A DNA stretch of 64,000 nucleotides from a virus (lineage: Duplodnaviria; Heunggongvirae; Uroviricota; Caudoviricetes): IMG/VR virus record IMGVR_UViG_3300035394_000193, one strand, 5' to 3'. The notes below the pieces were generated by a model. That model was given only the letters and a program-made list of their open reading frames with translations. It was not told where the DNA came from and did no database searches. Each line of letters begins with the position of its first letter. Position 1 is the stretch's first letter. Positions 25,936-36,964 of this stretch are shown here, one piece after another. Position numbers and translations under genes: made by a program.

Positions 25936-26114
25936 TGACAGAATTACAACAAAAAATAGTAGACTTTAGAAAAGATGGATTAACTTATAGAGGAATTCAA
26001 TTACAATTAGGCAATCCTTCAAAACAATTTATTAAAGATACTTTAAAAGAATTTGCACCAGATCTAGCGGGTGATGTCGTCAAAAACACAAAAAGACTAG
26101 AGCCAAAATGGTAA
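25935..26114 (+). CDS. small HTH protein (59 aa)
   Basis: MTELQQKIVDFRKDGLTYRGIQLQLGNPSKQFIKDTLKEFAPDLAGDVVKNTKRLEPKW; a helix-turn-helix-like core (LTYRGIQLQLG); followed by a terminator. Confidence 0.4.
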   Translation: MTELQQKIVDFRKDGLTYRGIQLQLGNPSKQFIKDTLKEFAPDLAGDVVKNTKRLEPKW

Positions 26115-26191
26115 CTTATTGTACGCGGCATGTGACAACAAGGATATTATCTTATTTATATCGAGGCACAATCTCACATTAGCCAACTATG

Positions 26192-26225
26192 AAACCCACG
26201 CAGTATTGTAGTGGGTTTTTCCATT
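26192..26225 (+). terminator. rho-independent terminator
   Basis: AAACCCAC-N11-GTGGGTTTTTCCATTT. Confidence 0.65.
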
Positions 26226-26275
26226 TGATTAAAGGTATTAATTATAATACCAAAACATAATGTTAATAATAATTT

Positions 26276-26962
26276 ATGGGAAACAAGAAAGACAGACCAA
26301 GATTACCAGAGCAGCACTCAAGACTAGTTTACAACTTTAGAGCTAAGAGTGCGAAACAACAAGAGTTAATAGATATGATTGAAGAACAAGAGATAGTGGT
26401 TGCAACAGGACCAGCAGGTACAGGTAAAACATATGTAACTTTAGCTACAGCGCTGTCTTTATTAGGACAAGTGTATAGAAAAGTAATATTAGTAAAATCT
26501 GTAACTCCTATTCCTGGTGAAGAGATAGGATTTCTTAAAGGAGGAATGGAACAAAAAATGGAACCGTTCGTAATGTCCTACATGTGGAATATAGATAAAA
26601 TCTGCGGACCAGATTCATCAAAAGATTTGCTTAATAAGAAAATGATAGAGATATTACCGTTAGCTTTTATAAGAGGATTATCTATTGATAATTCAATAGT
26701 AATTATTGACGAAGCACAAAATATAGATAACCATACGTTTAAAACAATAATGACAAGAATCGGAGAAAACTCCAAATATATTTTCTTAGGTGATACTGAG
26801 CAAATAGATAGGAAACATAAAACCGAATCATGTTTAGCAACTGTTTTAGAAATATTTTCAGATTCAGACTTAATTGGAACTATAGAATTTACAGACGAAG
26901 ACTGTGTAAGAAATCCTATTATTCCAAAGATATTAGCAAAATTAAGAAGTAATAACATTTAG
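26276..26962 (+). CDS. phoH: PhoH-like ATPase
   Basis: 228 aa; Walker A VVATGPAGTGKTYVTLA, Walker B IIDEAQN; typical PhoH size and order of motifs; stop TAG. Confidence 0.85.
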   Translation: MGNKKDRPRLPEQHSRLVYNFRAKSAKQQELIDMIEEQEIVVATGPAGTGKTYVTLATALSLLGQVYRKVILVKSVTPIPGEEIGFLKGGMEQKMEPFVMSYMWNIDKICGPDSSKDLLNKKMIEILPLAFIRGLSIDNSIVIIDEAQNIDNHTFKTIMTRIGENSKYIFLGDTEQIDRKHKTESCLATVLEIFSDSDLIGTIEFTDEDCVRNPIIPKILAKLRSNNI

Positions 26963-27364
26963 TTATAAAGAATTGGTATTTTACTTCCCAATTCAAATGT
27001 ATAATAATTTAGCAAATATAATTAATAATGAATTTAAAAATTAAGATATTTTATAAAAATTGTGTTTTATTCCAAAATTTATAAATACCTTTGTAAAAAT
27101 TTAAAACAAACCTAAAATTAAAAAGTTTAAATCAGTATGGCAGATGTATTAAAATTAATAACTTATATTATTGTTAATCATGGATATTGAGCGGCATTTG
27201 CCTTTGTATCAGTTAGTTCGATCCCACTTCTGGCTGGGGCTTACTTATTATCTTCTAAGAATGTATTAAGTAAAATTATTGATAGAAAGTTTTCTGAAAA
27301 AGAAGAAGAAGAAAAAGCTAATCATAAACATGGTAACAGACTTAGAAAACAATTTACTGAAGAA

Positions 27365-27865
27365 GTGCAGGAAATACTTAGTAATTTAGCTGAAGAAACA
27401 AAAGCTAATAGAGCAATTATTTTTGAGTTTTCTAACGGAACTACAAATCTCGTAGGACTTCCATTTTTGTTTATGACTGCAACTAATGAAGTTGCAACTC
27501 CAGGATTACCTTTAATGAGTCAAAGACATGAACGTTTAAATACTGCAATGGTGGCTCCATTTTTAACAAGGTTAGAAAGAGATGGATTCATTTTTATTGA
27601 CCGCACTGGGCCAATACCCCCAGATTGCAGAGTATTGGAACAAGTAATGGAACGAGCAGATATTGAAAGTGTTTTATTCTATTCAATTCAGGGTGTTGAC
27701 GAAGCCATTGGATTTTTAGCTATTGTAACAACCCGATCATCCTATAATATTTTAGAATATCCAGCAATTTTACCATTAGTAAGTAGGGCAGCACAAAGAA
27801 TTGGTTCAATGATCAATTATGATGAGATAGATGAAAGAGAAAAAGAAAAGAAAAAATTTAAATGA
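27365..27865 (+). CDS. hypothetical protein (GTG start in the ORF track; real start uncertain)
   Basis: 166 aa ORF; an in-frame TGA 69 nt upstream (27296) could extend it if read through. Confidence 0.45.
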   Translation: MQEILSNLAEETKANRAIIFEFSNGTTNLVGLPFLFMTATNEVATPGLPLMSQRHERLNTAMVAPFLTRLERDGFIFIDRTGPIPPDCRVLEQVMERADIESVLFYSIQGVDEAIGFLAIVTTRSSYNILEYPAILPLVSRAAQRIGSMINYDEIDEREKEKKKFK

Positions 27866-28788
27866 TGGTGACAAATGTAATTGATTATGATCAACTCCTA
27901 GTAGATAAAGAAAATGAAGTAGTTAAATATAATGATGAACTCCATAAATACTGGGTTAAAGAATCTAATCAATCCTGCATTTCGGTTACAACTCTTATTC
28001 ATCAGTTTACTGTATTTGATGAAGATTTTTGGTCTTCCTATAAAGCATTAGAAAGTTTAATAGGTGAAGATAATTTTAAAAGTGTAAAACCCGATTTGTT
28101 AAATTTTAAACAATTCAACCAAACTTACCTTGATAGAACAGGCGTTGCTTTAGACGCCTTTTCTACAAGGAAGCAGGAAATCCTTGAGGACTGACGAGAA
28201 AAGCGAGAAGCTTCTTGTATTAGAGGAACTGCAATTCATAGACAGCATGAGTTAGAACATCTTGCTGGTAAAACAAAAGAATTACAACATTTAGGTTTAG
28301 GTGGTTCATTTTCTACCAAGACTTCAAATAAAATAGAACCAGGACGTGGAATATATCCTGAATTACTTTTATCTAGAATATCACCTGATGGAAAACTTAG
28401 ATTGGCAGGACAAGCTGATTTAGTTATCATAGATGGATTTGATGTATACATTCTAGACTATAAAACTAATAAAAAGATTGATATGAAAGCATATTTCGAT
28501 AGAAAAACTAAAAAACATTCTATGATGAAGTATCCTCTTAACAATATACAAGATACTAATTTTTGGCATTATAGCATACAGTTATCTACTTACGCATGGA
28601 TGATTCAAAAGATTGATCCTAGATTCAATATTAAAGCGCTTATTTTATTACATTATGATCATGATGGAAATAATGCAACTTATGAATGTGAGTATTTAAA
28701 AACTGAAGTAGAAAGAATGCTAACTTTTCATAAACAACAAATTGAACACAATGAATTTAAGCAATCAAGAGAAAAAATTATTTTTTAG
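27862..28788 (+). CDS. PD-(D/E)XK family nuclease; first gene containing an in-frame TGA (28192-28194)
   Basis: ORF-track fragments 27862-28194 and 28402-28788 are in the same frame with no TAA/TAG between them. The merged protein has the motifs GTAIHRQHE ... LVIIDGFDVYILDYKTNKK (D ... D-x-x-x-D-Y-K) typical of Cas4/RecB-like PD-(D/E)XK nucleases. Confidence 0.6.
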
Positions 28789-28891
28789 AGTAGGAATTGC
28801 TATTACTAGTTTGATAGTAGTGGCAGCATTTTATTGAATGGCTATTAAATGAGTAAATGATTATAAACATAGTAATATTGTAGAACACCAA

Positions 28892-29464
28892 ATGATAGCT
28901 GCTAAGTATGAAGCAAAAGTTGATTCTATTAATATAGTAAATACAATTTTATTATCACAAGTAGATAGTCTTGAGAAAGAAATAAAAGAAGTTAAAGGCA
29001 CAAAAGAAATTGTTTATATTGAAACAACTAAAAAAGATAATATAATTAAGGATGCTAGTGCAGCAGACCACGCAAAAGCAATTGACTCTTTAACAGAACA
29101 AATGCCAACATGGGCAATTATTAAAGATACTCAAAATGACACACTTATTAAATATCAATTTACTAAAGAAGGAGTAATTAAATTAAGACTTAAAGTAAAT
29201 AGTCTATATAAATATAAAGACCTTTATAAAATTGATGAAGTAATTATACATAAACAACAGTTAGAAATTGATATTTTTAAAGAAGTATCCGAAAACTGTA
29301 AAGATATTGTAAAACTAAATGAAGATGCTATAACGATATATAAACAATCCAATGAGAAATTAATACAACAATTAAACAAATCTCAAAAACGAGCAGGTCG
29401 TTGGCCTTATTGGTTAGGAGGAGGAATATTAGGAGGAGTTATATTATGTCTATCAGTCAAATAA
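28892..29464 (+). CDS. coiled-coil protein with a C-terminal TM anchor
   Basis: 190 aa; C-terminus RWPYWLGGGILGGVILCLSVK; might start at ATG 28838 if the TGA at 28850 is sense. Confidence 0.5.
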   Translation: MIAAKYEAKVDSINIVNTILLSQVDSLEKEIKEVKGTKEIVYIETTKKDNIIKDASAADHAKAIDSLTEQMPTWAIIKDTQNDTLIKYQFTKEGVIKLRLKVNSLYKYKDLYKIDEVIIHKQQLEIDIFKEVSENCKDIVKLNEDAITIYKQSNEKLIQQLNKSQKRAGRWPYWLGGGILGGVILCLSVK

Positions 29465-29718
29465 TTAATGGCACATACAAAAATCTTTTAAATAAAGACG
29501 AAGAATTGTATAAAGAAAGAATAGCCATTTGTCATAAATGTAAATTGTTAAAAAAAGATAAAATATTTGGAGAAGTATGTAATTCAACATTATATCTAAA
29601 TCCAGCAACAAATGAAATCTCAAAAACAGCTAAACCAGGTTTTAGACATGGATGTGGCTGCGTGTTAGGATCAAAAACAAGAGTAGAAGATACAGAATGT
29701 CCACTAGGAAAGTGGTAA
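29446..29718 (+). CDS. Cys-rich zinc-ribbon protein
   Basis: ATG at 29446 (MSISQIING...); CHKC ... C ... GCGC ... C pattern. Confidence 0.45.
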   Translation: MSISQIINGTYKNLLNKDEELYKERIAICHKCKLLKKDKIFGEVCNSTLYLNPATNEISKTAKPGFRHGCGCVLGSKTRVEDTECPLGKW

Positions 29719-29745
29719 ATATTAATTAAAAAATGATAATGAATT

Positions 29746-30285
29746 ATGAGTTTAAAAGAAGAACAAACAGGGAAATTTTATATGGCTAATAGAATAGGAG
29801 CCAACGAGGATATTTTTCTACCAGAGAATCAAATACTAAGAGATGCTCAAAAATTAAGAGAGCAGAAAGAACTTGAAGAAGCTAATAAATTATTTTTATT
29901 AGCACAAGAGAAGAAACAAAAAGAACTTGATGAAAAACTAGAACGCTTGGAACTAATTCCAATGGGAGGAAAGATAATTATTTTACCTTATGCTTTAAAT
30001 CCTTACAGAAAAGTAATGGAGGGAAAAATTATAGTAGAATATACAGGAGATTTTAATAATCCTGATTCAGGTGAAAAAGATAAATTGGATGTCTTTGTTG
30101 GATGTGCACAAGTTATAGAAGTTGGACCTGAAGTAAAATATATAAAAAATGGCGACGATGTATTCTATGATACACGTACAGTATATCCTCTTCCATTTAT
30201 GCAGCAAGGATATAAAGTTACAGTAGAGCCATCTATAATAGCAGTAATTAATGAAGGATTAAAAGCACGTTTTAAAATGGAATAA
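29746..30285 (+). CDS. possible GroES/Gp31-like co-chaperonin
   Basis: 179 aa; C-terminal half GGKIIILPYALNPYRKVMEGKIIVEYTGD ... VFVGCAQVIEVGPEVKYIKNGDDVFYD resembles the GroES beta-barrel pattern (GGIILP ... G.V.AVG.G ... V..GD.V.Y); weak. Confidence 0.35.
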   Translation: MSLKEEQTGKFYMANRIGANEDIFLPENQILRDAQKLREQKELEEANKLFLLAQEKKQKELDEKLERLELIPMGGKIIILPYALNPYRKVMEGKIIVEYTGDFNNPDSGEKDKLDVFVGCAQVIEVGPEVKYIKNGDDVFYDTRTVYPLPFMQQGYKVTVEPSIIAVINEGLKARFKME

Positions 30286-30286
30286 T

Positions 30287-30511
30287 ATGGAAAATGAATT
30301 AAAACAATTTTTTCTTCCTGGTGATGTAGTAACCATTAGACAAGATATACCAAATAAACCTATAATGATTGTAGTTAAAAAAGTAACTAAATCAATTAAG
30401 ACAGAATCATTACGAGGAGATTTTTTTCAAGGAATTTTATGTCGATGATTTACAACACAAGGACAACTACAGGAAGCTTTATATAATACTAAAGATTTAC
30501 AGAAATTATAA
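30287..30511 (+). CDS. hypothetical protein, recoded (1 in-frame TGA at 30446)
   Basis: ATG 30287 through TAA 30509-30511; 74 aa if TGA is sense (…GILCRWFTTQGQLQEALYNTKDLQKL). Confidence 0.4.
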
Positions 30512-30513
30512 TT

Positions 30514-31095
30514 ATGATACAAGAATTAAATAAACTTAAAAATCCTTATGGATATGATAAATTAAAATCATTCCAAATAGGTGGAAGTATTACAGAAGAT
30601 AAAAAGAAAGAATTACTTCCTTTCTTTGTCTTCTTAGTATCGCAAGAAATAAATCCTGAAAAGTATGGTAAATTTAAAGATACCATACCAGGAGAAGAAT
30701 GAAGTTCTACAATTTCAGTAGATGACGACACTGTTAATAAAGCTGTTGAACAATATAAACAATTATCTGAAGAAAATTTAGCTCAATTAGAAGCTTATCA
30801 AACTCAATACATTGCAGATCATAAAACTAATTCTTTAGATAGTGCGCAATTTGCAGCTAAAGGTGCTAAACTTAAGAAATTAAATTTAGTTAAGAAAGCA
30901 GCACCAATTACAAAGAAAGAAACAGTTGCAGAGTCTGCATCAAATCCAGTTATCACTAAAGCTAAAGGTGGAACTACTAAAAAGAAAAAGAAATGTTCTT
31001 GTGGATGCGATATGATTCTTACTAAAGCCGCAGGAGGAAAAGTTATGGAAACTTGTTCTTGTAAATGTGGCGGTAAATTAAAGAAAAAGAAATAA
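30514..31095 (+). CDS. Lys-rich protein with a C-terminal Cys cluster, recoded (TGA at 30700)
   Basis: ORF 30514-30702 continues in frame to TAA 31093-31095; C-terminus CSCGCDMILTKAAGGKVMETCSCKCGGKLKKKK. Confidence 0.5.
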
Positions 31096-31097
31096 AT

Positions 31098-31673
31098 ATG
31101 AAATGATTTGTATATGATAATGTTAATGGTAATATATCTTTAGATGAAGAAGGACTTTTATTAGTTGAAGAATTTGATGCATTATTAAGTTTAGATAGAA
31201 ATAAAACTTCTACTGATAAAACTGGAAAACAAAAACTTAGAGCTTTTAGAGAATTAAAATATATATATTTATTCTTTGATTGAGCTAGTCCTTATTTCCA
31301 ATTTTCGGAACAAGATAAACATAATGAAGCATTAAAAGATTCTCGTTTAACACAAGCAGAATTTGATGACCCATTATTTCGTGCAGCTTGTAAAAAATAT
31401 GATTCACTACAAAACTCGTCCCTTGATTTAAGATTATTAAAATCTGCAATGGGAGCAGTTGAGAAACAAATATTTTATTTGGACCATGTAGATTTACAAG
31501 AAAGAGATCCCATTAGTGGCAAACCTATTTTTAAAAGCAAAGATTTAATTGCAGAAATTAAAGGTTGTAGAGATTTAATCTCAACTCTTAAAGAGTTAGA
31601 ATATCAAGTTAAAAAAGGAATGCAAACTGAAAGTACGCTTAGAGGAAATACTGAACTTGGAATATTTGATTAA
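31098..31673 (+). CDS. hypothetical protein, recoded (TGA at 31104 and 31290); candidate small terminase by position
   Basis: ATG 31098 is in frame with ORF 31449-31673; 191 aa; lies immediately upstream of the TerL-like gene. Confidence 0.45.
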
Positions 31674-31675
31674 TT

Positions 31676-33874
31676 ATGGCTAATACTTTTACTTGAGATG
31701 TTCCTTTGGGACAACCTATTGAGTATTTTGATATTGAACAATCTTTTGAATTAACTGGGTTTAGACCAATAAATGATACTCAAGGATTAGATTTTAATCC
31801 AAATTGATTTAGAGAAGACGCTCTTAATAAATTAAAAACAGGCCGATATAGTCCATCGTCTATTCCTATAGGTTCAAAGACTCATGTAGATTGATGAAGA
31901 GAAAGAATTGATAGATGTAATAATGGATATACTGTAAATGGATATAGAATAACAGGAGATAATTATTTCTTTCTTAATTTCTATAATCTTAAATCTTCGG
32001 ATTTTGAGACTATAAATCAAACTTATGGATTTCCAGAATTTTTAGTTTTTCAATATGAATATTTTCATTATTTGGAAATGTGTGAAAAATTAAAGAAAGA
32101 TACATCTGTATTAAAATCTCGTGGTATTGGATTTTCTGAAATGGCTTCTTCATTTATAGTAAGACCATATACAACTATTCCAAACTTTAGATCTGTTGTT
32201 TCTGCTTTTTCAAAAAACCATTTAACTCCAACTCTTAGTAAGATTTGGTTACAAATGGATTGATTAAATGAAAACACAGAAGGAGCTTTGCGAAGAGTTC
32301 GCATGAATATAAATACGGCTACACATAAAAGAGCATCTAAAAAAGATAAAGATGGAAGTGAATCAGGACATCGTTCAGAAGTTGAAGGACTTGTTTGCGA
32401 TGAAGTTGATAAACTTAGGGGAGATAGAACTCAAATTTTAATCTACGAAGAAGCAGGTGCGGATACAGTTTTATTAAAGAAATGAGTTAAAGGCGAAGCT
32501 TTAATTTCTGTACTTGGAGGTAAAAGAGTTGGACGACGTATTGCTTTTGGAACTGGAGGTTCCTCTAAAGCAAGTTCAATGCAAGGATTAAAGAAAATGA
32601 CCTTAAATCCACAAGCATATAATATTTTACCTGTTAGACATAATTTTACTCAAGATGGAAAATATATTATCTCTGGATTATTTATTCCTGCTTATAGAAT
32701 TGTTTATGAGCTTATTGATAGTCGAGGATGATGTAATGTTGGAAAAGCTAAAGAATATTATTTAAAAGAACGATCAAAATTAATTGATGAACCAAAAGAT
32801 TTATTAGAATATAAATCTGAATATTGTTTTACAATTGAAGAGGCTTTAATTCAACATTCAGACAATTTATTTCCGGTCGAGGAAATAGCAGAACAATTAG
32901 CACATATTGATATTTATAAAGATATTCCATTACCTAAAGCTGGATTTTTAACATGAGCAATTGATGAAAATACTAAAATGAGGAATGGAAAAGTAAAATG
33001 ACGTGAAGATCCTGATGGAAATATATTAATAGCAGAACATCCTATAATGTCTGAAGAAGGCACGGATTATAACAATTTATATGTTGGAGGAATTGACTCA
33101 ATTGATATTGGAGCAACAGACTCTGCACAATCTAAAAAAGCAAATGAAACTGTATCTTCAGAATTTTGTATTGTTATTAAGAAAAGAATTTTAGGATTAC
33201 AAGATCCAAAATATGTTGCAATGTATAAAGACAGACCTAGAGACCCTAGAGAAGCTTATGAAAATGCAGCAAAACTACTTACTTATTATTATGCGAAAGC
33301 TGTCTTAGAATCTACAAGAACTACTATTACTACTTATTTTAGAGATCATAAATATTTATCTTTATTAATGAAACGTCCAAGAGCAACTATGCCTGATATT
33401 TCAAAAGGTAATTCAAATATGTATGGTACTCCTGCTACTGTTAAAGTAATTGAACATTATAGAGAATTAATCTATGATTTTTGTTTAGATTATTGTTATA
33501 CAATATCGTTTAGAGAAATATTAGATCAATTACTAAACTACTCTGATGAAGACAAAAAGAAATTTGATATTGTTGCAGCTATGGGAATGTGTGAATTAGC
33601 AGATGAGGAATTATCAGTTAAAAAACCAGAAGCAAGAGAACCACAAGGTAAAAAATTCCAAGATATTGGATGATGAACTGATAATAAGGGATACAAACAT
33701 TATGGAGTAATTCCGCAAACAAGAGAAGAGAAAAATGATATGACTAGAAAAAATAGGGATGAAACATGAATTAATAATGAACCTAAATCTGAATTTTGGG
33801 AAAATACACCTCATTATAGAAAATTTTCACAAGAAGAATGAGCAACTTATAACGCATTAAAAGAACCTAAATAA
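31676..33874 (+). CDS. terL: terminase large subunit-like protein, recoded (about 10 in-frame TGA)
   Basis: 732 aa after merging ORF fragments 32072, 32288, 33047 (all in the same frame mod 3). LVCDEVDKL Walker-B-like segment; C-terminal RNase-H-like nuclease pattern YVGGIDSIDIGATDSAQ; size and position typical of TerL. Confidence 0.65.
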
Positions 33875-34221
33875 TGACAGAAACAGAATTAGAGCAAGCG
33901 ATACGTGATTACATAATGAGCTTATATAAAGCTTGCTATAATGGTTGATTACAAGTCGAAAAATTAAATCCAGGATATAAATTAACAATAGGGATTCCAA
34001 GTTATATGTTTCCAACTACAACAGCTGGAGATTGAGAAACGGATGATGAATTTTTAAATTATATCTATGAAGATTTAAGAATAAGAAATTATATGAGAGT
34101 TTATTTCTACAAAGTAGTAAGAACTCCAAGCGTTAATGAAGAAGGACCAACAAGTGATCAAGTATCTACTGATACAGTAACATGTGATCCAAACTATACA
34201 GATTACAATGGATTTTTATAA
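33874..34221 (+). CDS. hypothetical protein, recoded
   Basis: ATG 33874 overlaps the TerL stop (taATG); 115 aa to TAA 34219-34221, with 2 TGA. Confidence 0.45.
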
Positions 34222-34236
34222 TATTAAATAAATAAC

Positions 34237-34515
34237 ATGTCAAGAAGAACTGATAATGACGCATTAAATTATATACAATGCGCTGGAGGCTCATATCCAG
34301 TAACAACAGGAGCAGGAGTAAAAGTTGTAAATTGCTATGCTTTTGAAGCATGAGAAGATACAGTAATTGCTTCATTTAGAGATAATTATGGGGCAACAAT
34401 AGTTACCGGTTGGGAAACTATTACAATAAAAGAAGGAAAGACTATATTCTTTTCAACAAATATCAAAGATTTTACTGTAACATCAGGAGGTCTTGGTCAA
34501 ATATTTAGATTGTAA
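34237..34515 (+). CDS. hypothetical protein, recoded
   Basis: ATG 34237 to TAA 34513-34515 (92 aa, 2 TGA); its stop overlaps the ATG of the next gene. Confidence 0.45.
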
Positions 34516-36296
34516 TGCCAGGACTAGGAATAGGAATCTCTCCAATATTAAAACAAAGTAAACGTATTCCTGGTAGATTTATTTCGTCTAATATTTTTAA
34601 TGCTGCAGAGAATCAAAATGTTGTTGGAACTGCATTAGCATTACCATTAGGAGGTGCATATTCAATAAAAGCAGGTGGTGATGGTGCTTTATTTACTATT
34701 AATGGTAGTACTGGAGCATTAACTGGAAATAGTAACTTCAATTATGAAGTTAAAAGTTCTTATTCACTCACTATTATTTATACAGTACTAGCTAAGGACT
34801 TTGAACAATCTATTAGTGTTAATATAACTAATGTTAATGAAGTTCCAACTGATATAACTTTATCTGCTTCATCAGTAGGAGAAAACAATATTATTGGTAC
34901 AGTTGTAGGTGCTTTATCAACAACCGATGTTGATGTAGGTGATACATTCACTTATTCATTGGTCAGTGGCACAGGTTCAACAGATAACGCTTCATTTGCT
35001 ATATCTGGAAGTAATTTAGTTACTAATGCAGTGTTTGATTATGAAACAAAATCAAGTTATTCAGTAAGGATTAGGACTACTGATGCTGGTGGATTATATT
35101 TTGAAAAAGCTTTTACAATAACTGTTACGGAAGGGTTTATATTACCCCTTACTACTACTGGAACAGGTGCAGGTGTATCTACTCTTGGATTAACAGTTAG
35201 TGCTGATAGTATAATTACTTTGACTGGTAATGCTTATTTTTACGATGATGCAGCAGGTACAACAAATGCTAATCAATCTCGTACAATAACAAGTGGTGCA
35301 ACAAGTACATTTTATTTGAAAGTACTTTCTGGAAGTAGTAATTTAACTACTGAAAAGTTAAAGGTTACACAACTAAACACATGGGATAGCAGCACAAATG
35401 CAGCAAGCATAAATGCTTTTGATATTGCTAATATTCCTGCTAATATGACTGTGTTTTTTGATAACTATATTATTGGGGTGTCTGTATATGTTATTGGTAA
35501 TAATACTATTACAGGCAATCTAAGTAGTTTGCGCTCAAACCTTACATCATTTAATGTTGGGGTAGGAACAAACAGTATTACAGGTAATTTGAGTAGTTTA
35601 CCTACTGGTCTCACTTCCTTTAATTGTGGTACAGGTAATACAATCACTGGTAATCTAAGTAGTTTACCATCTGGTTTAACATTTATAAGGGTATCAGGTT
35701 CAAATACAATTTCAGGTGATTTAAGCAGTATTGCAAGTTTACCATTAACGGTACTAAATTTTCAAGGAAGCAATACCATTGCAGGTAATTTGAGTAGTTT
35801 GCCATCAAGTTTACTTCTTATACTTGTGCTTGGTAGTAATACCATTACAGGTAATTTGAGTAGTTTGTCGAGTATGAATTTATTGGCATTTCAAATAGTT
35901 GGTAATAATACCATTACAGGTAATTTGAATGGATTACCATTAACACTTAATCAGTTACAAATCGGTGGAAGTAATACAGTTTCAGGTAATTTAAGTAGTT
36001 TGTCATCATTACTTATCTATATTCATTTTTATGGTAACAATACAATAAGTGACTATACGTCTGGTAAAACGTGGAACAATAATATTAATTTCTTTAGAAT
36101 TACACCTGTTGCTGGAGGTGGACTTTCCTCAACAGAAGTTGATAATCTTATTATTGACTTAAATGGTAGTGCATGGGCAGGTACTTCAAGAACATTATCA
36201 TTAATAGGCACTAATGCAGCAAGGACAGCAGCAAGCAATGCAGCAGTAACTTCCCTTACAACAAACAAATCTGTAACAGTAACAACAACTGCATAA
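34515..36296 (+). CDS. virion-associated protein with cadherin-like domains and C-terminal leucine-rich repeats
   Basis: 593 aa with no TGA; two cadherin-like modules (VNITNVNEVPTDITLSASSVGENNIIGTVVGALSTTDVDVGDTFTYSLVSG ... FDYETKSSYSVRIRTTDAGG) then at least 8 tandem repeats of about 23 aa (NTITGNLSSLPSGLT ...) with the LRR pattern. Confidence 0.6.
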   Translation: MPGLGIGISPILKQSKRIPGRFISSNIFNAAENQNVVGTALALPLGGAYSIKAGGDGALFTINGSTGALTGNSNFNYEVKSSYSLTIIYTVLAKDFEQSISVNITNVNEVPTDITLSASSVGENNIIGTVVGALSTTDVDVGDTFTYSLVSGTGSTDNASFAISGSNLVTNAVFDYETKSSYSVRIRTTDAGGLYFEKAFTITVTEGFILPLTTTGTGAGVSTLGLTVSADSIITLTGNAYFYDDAAGTTNANQSRTITSGATSTFYLKVLSGSSNLTTEKLKVTQLNTWDSSTNAASINAFDIANIPANMTVFFDNYIIGVSVYVIGNNTITGNLSSLRSNLTSFNVGVGTNSITGNLSSLPTGLTSFNCGTGNTITGNLSSLPSGLTFIRVSGSNTISGDLSSIASLPLTVLNFQGSNTIAGNLSSLPSSLLLILVLGSNTITGNLSSLSSMNLLAFQIVGNNTITGNLNGLPLTLNQLQIGGSNTVSGNLSSLSSLLIYIHFYGNNTISDYTSGKTWNNNINFFRITPVAGGGLSSTEVDNLIIDLNGSAWAGTSRTLSLIGTNAARTAASNAAVTSLTTNKSVTVTTTA

Positions 36297-36297
36297 T

Positions 36298-36921
36298 ATG
36301 AGCGATATAACTTATAATAATGAATTTTGTATAGTACGTGAAAACAGTACCAATGCAATAATAATAGATGAACTTCTTACAGCAAGGGTTGAAACAATGC
36401 AACAGATTGAAAAGCATACAACCCTTAACACTGTTCCGCCTGCATATTTTCCAGCACTTCCTAATAGTGGTTGGATTGAAAAGAAAATGTACAATTATAA
36501 CAATAAAACAGTTTGCTGTATTCAACCACATAACCGTACTATTTACCCACCTGAGCAAACACCTGCATTGTTTTCATTTTACCGTGAAGATACAGGAAAT
36601 CTTCAATGGATAGAAGGGGAAGCAGTTGCAATAGGAGCTAAGCGTATTTATAACGGTGTTAAATACAATGTTATACAACCACATCAAACACAATTAACTT
36701 GGAACCCTTCATTAACAGTTGGTGTTCTTTGGGAAGTAGTTGTTACACCACCTGCAAACCCTCCACAATGGGTTAGTGCTAATTGGGGGCAGTATGTGTT
36801 GAATTACGAAGTGTTGGATAGTGGTAAGATTTGAAAGGTAAAAACCGTTACACATACTTGGATTCAACCATCGCTTACAGGAAATGGTGCAATAAGTTGA
36901 ACTTTTGTTAGAAATGCTTAA
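36298..36921 (+). CDS. hypothetical protein, recoded (TGA at 36832 and 36898)
   Basis: ORF 36298-36834 continues in frame to TAA 36919-36921. Confidence 0.5.
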
Positions 36922-36964
36922 TCATCTATATTATGATAATTAATTAACATTTTAAGAATTTTAA

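Noticed and set aside
27120-27245. tRNA-like signals (D-loop-like AGTATGGCAGA and T-loop-like GTTAGTTCGATCCCAC)
   Set aside because: The flanking sequences cannot form 5-bp T-stem or 7-bp acceptor pairings (only 2-3 of 5 pairs), so I do not call a tRNA; a small hairpin GGCATTTGCC is present but unremarkable
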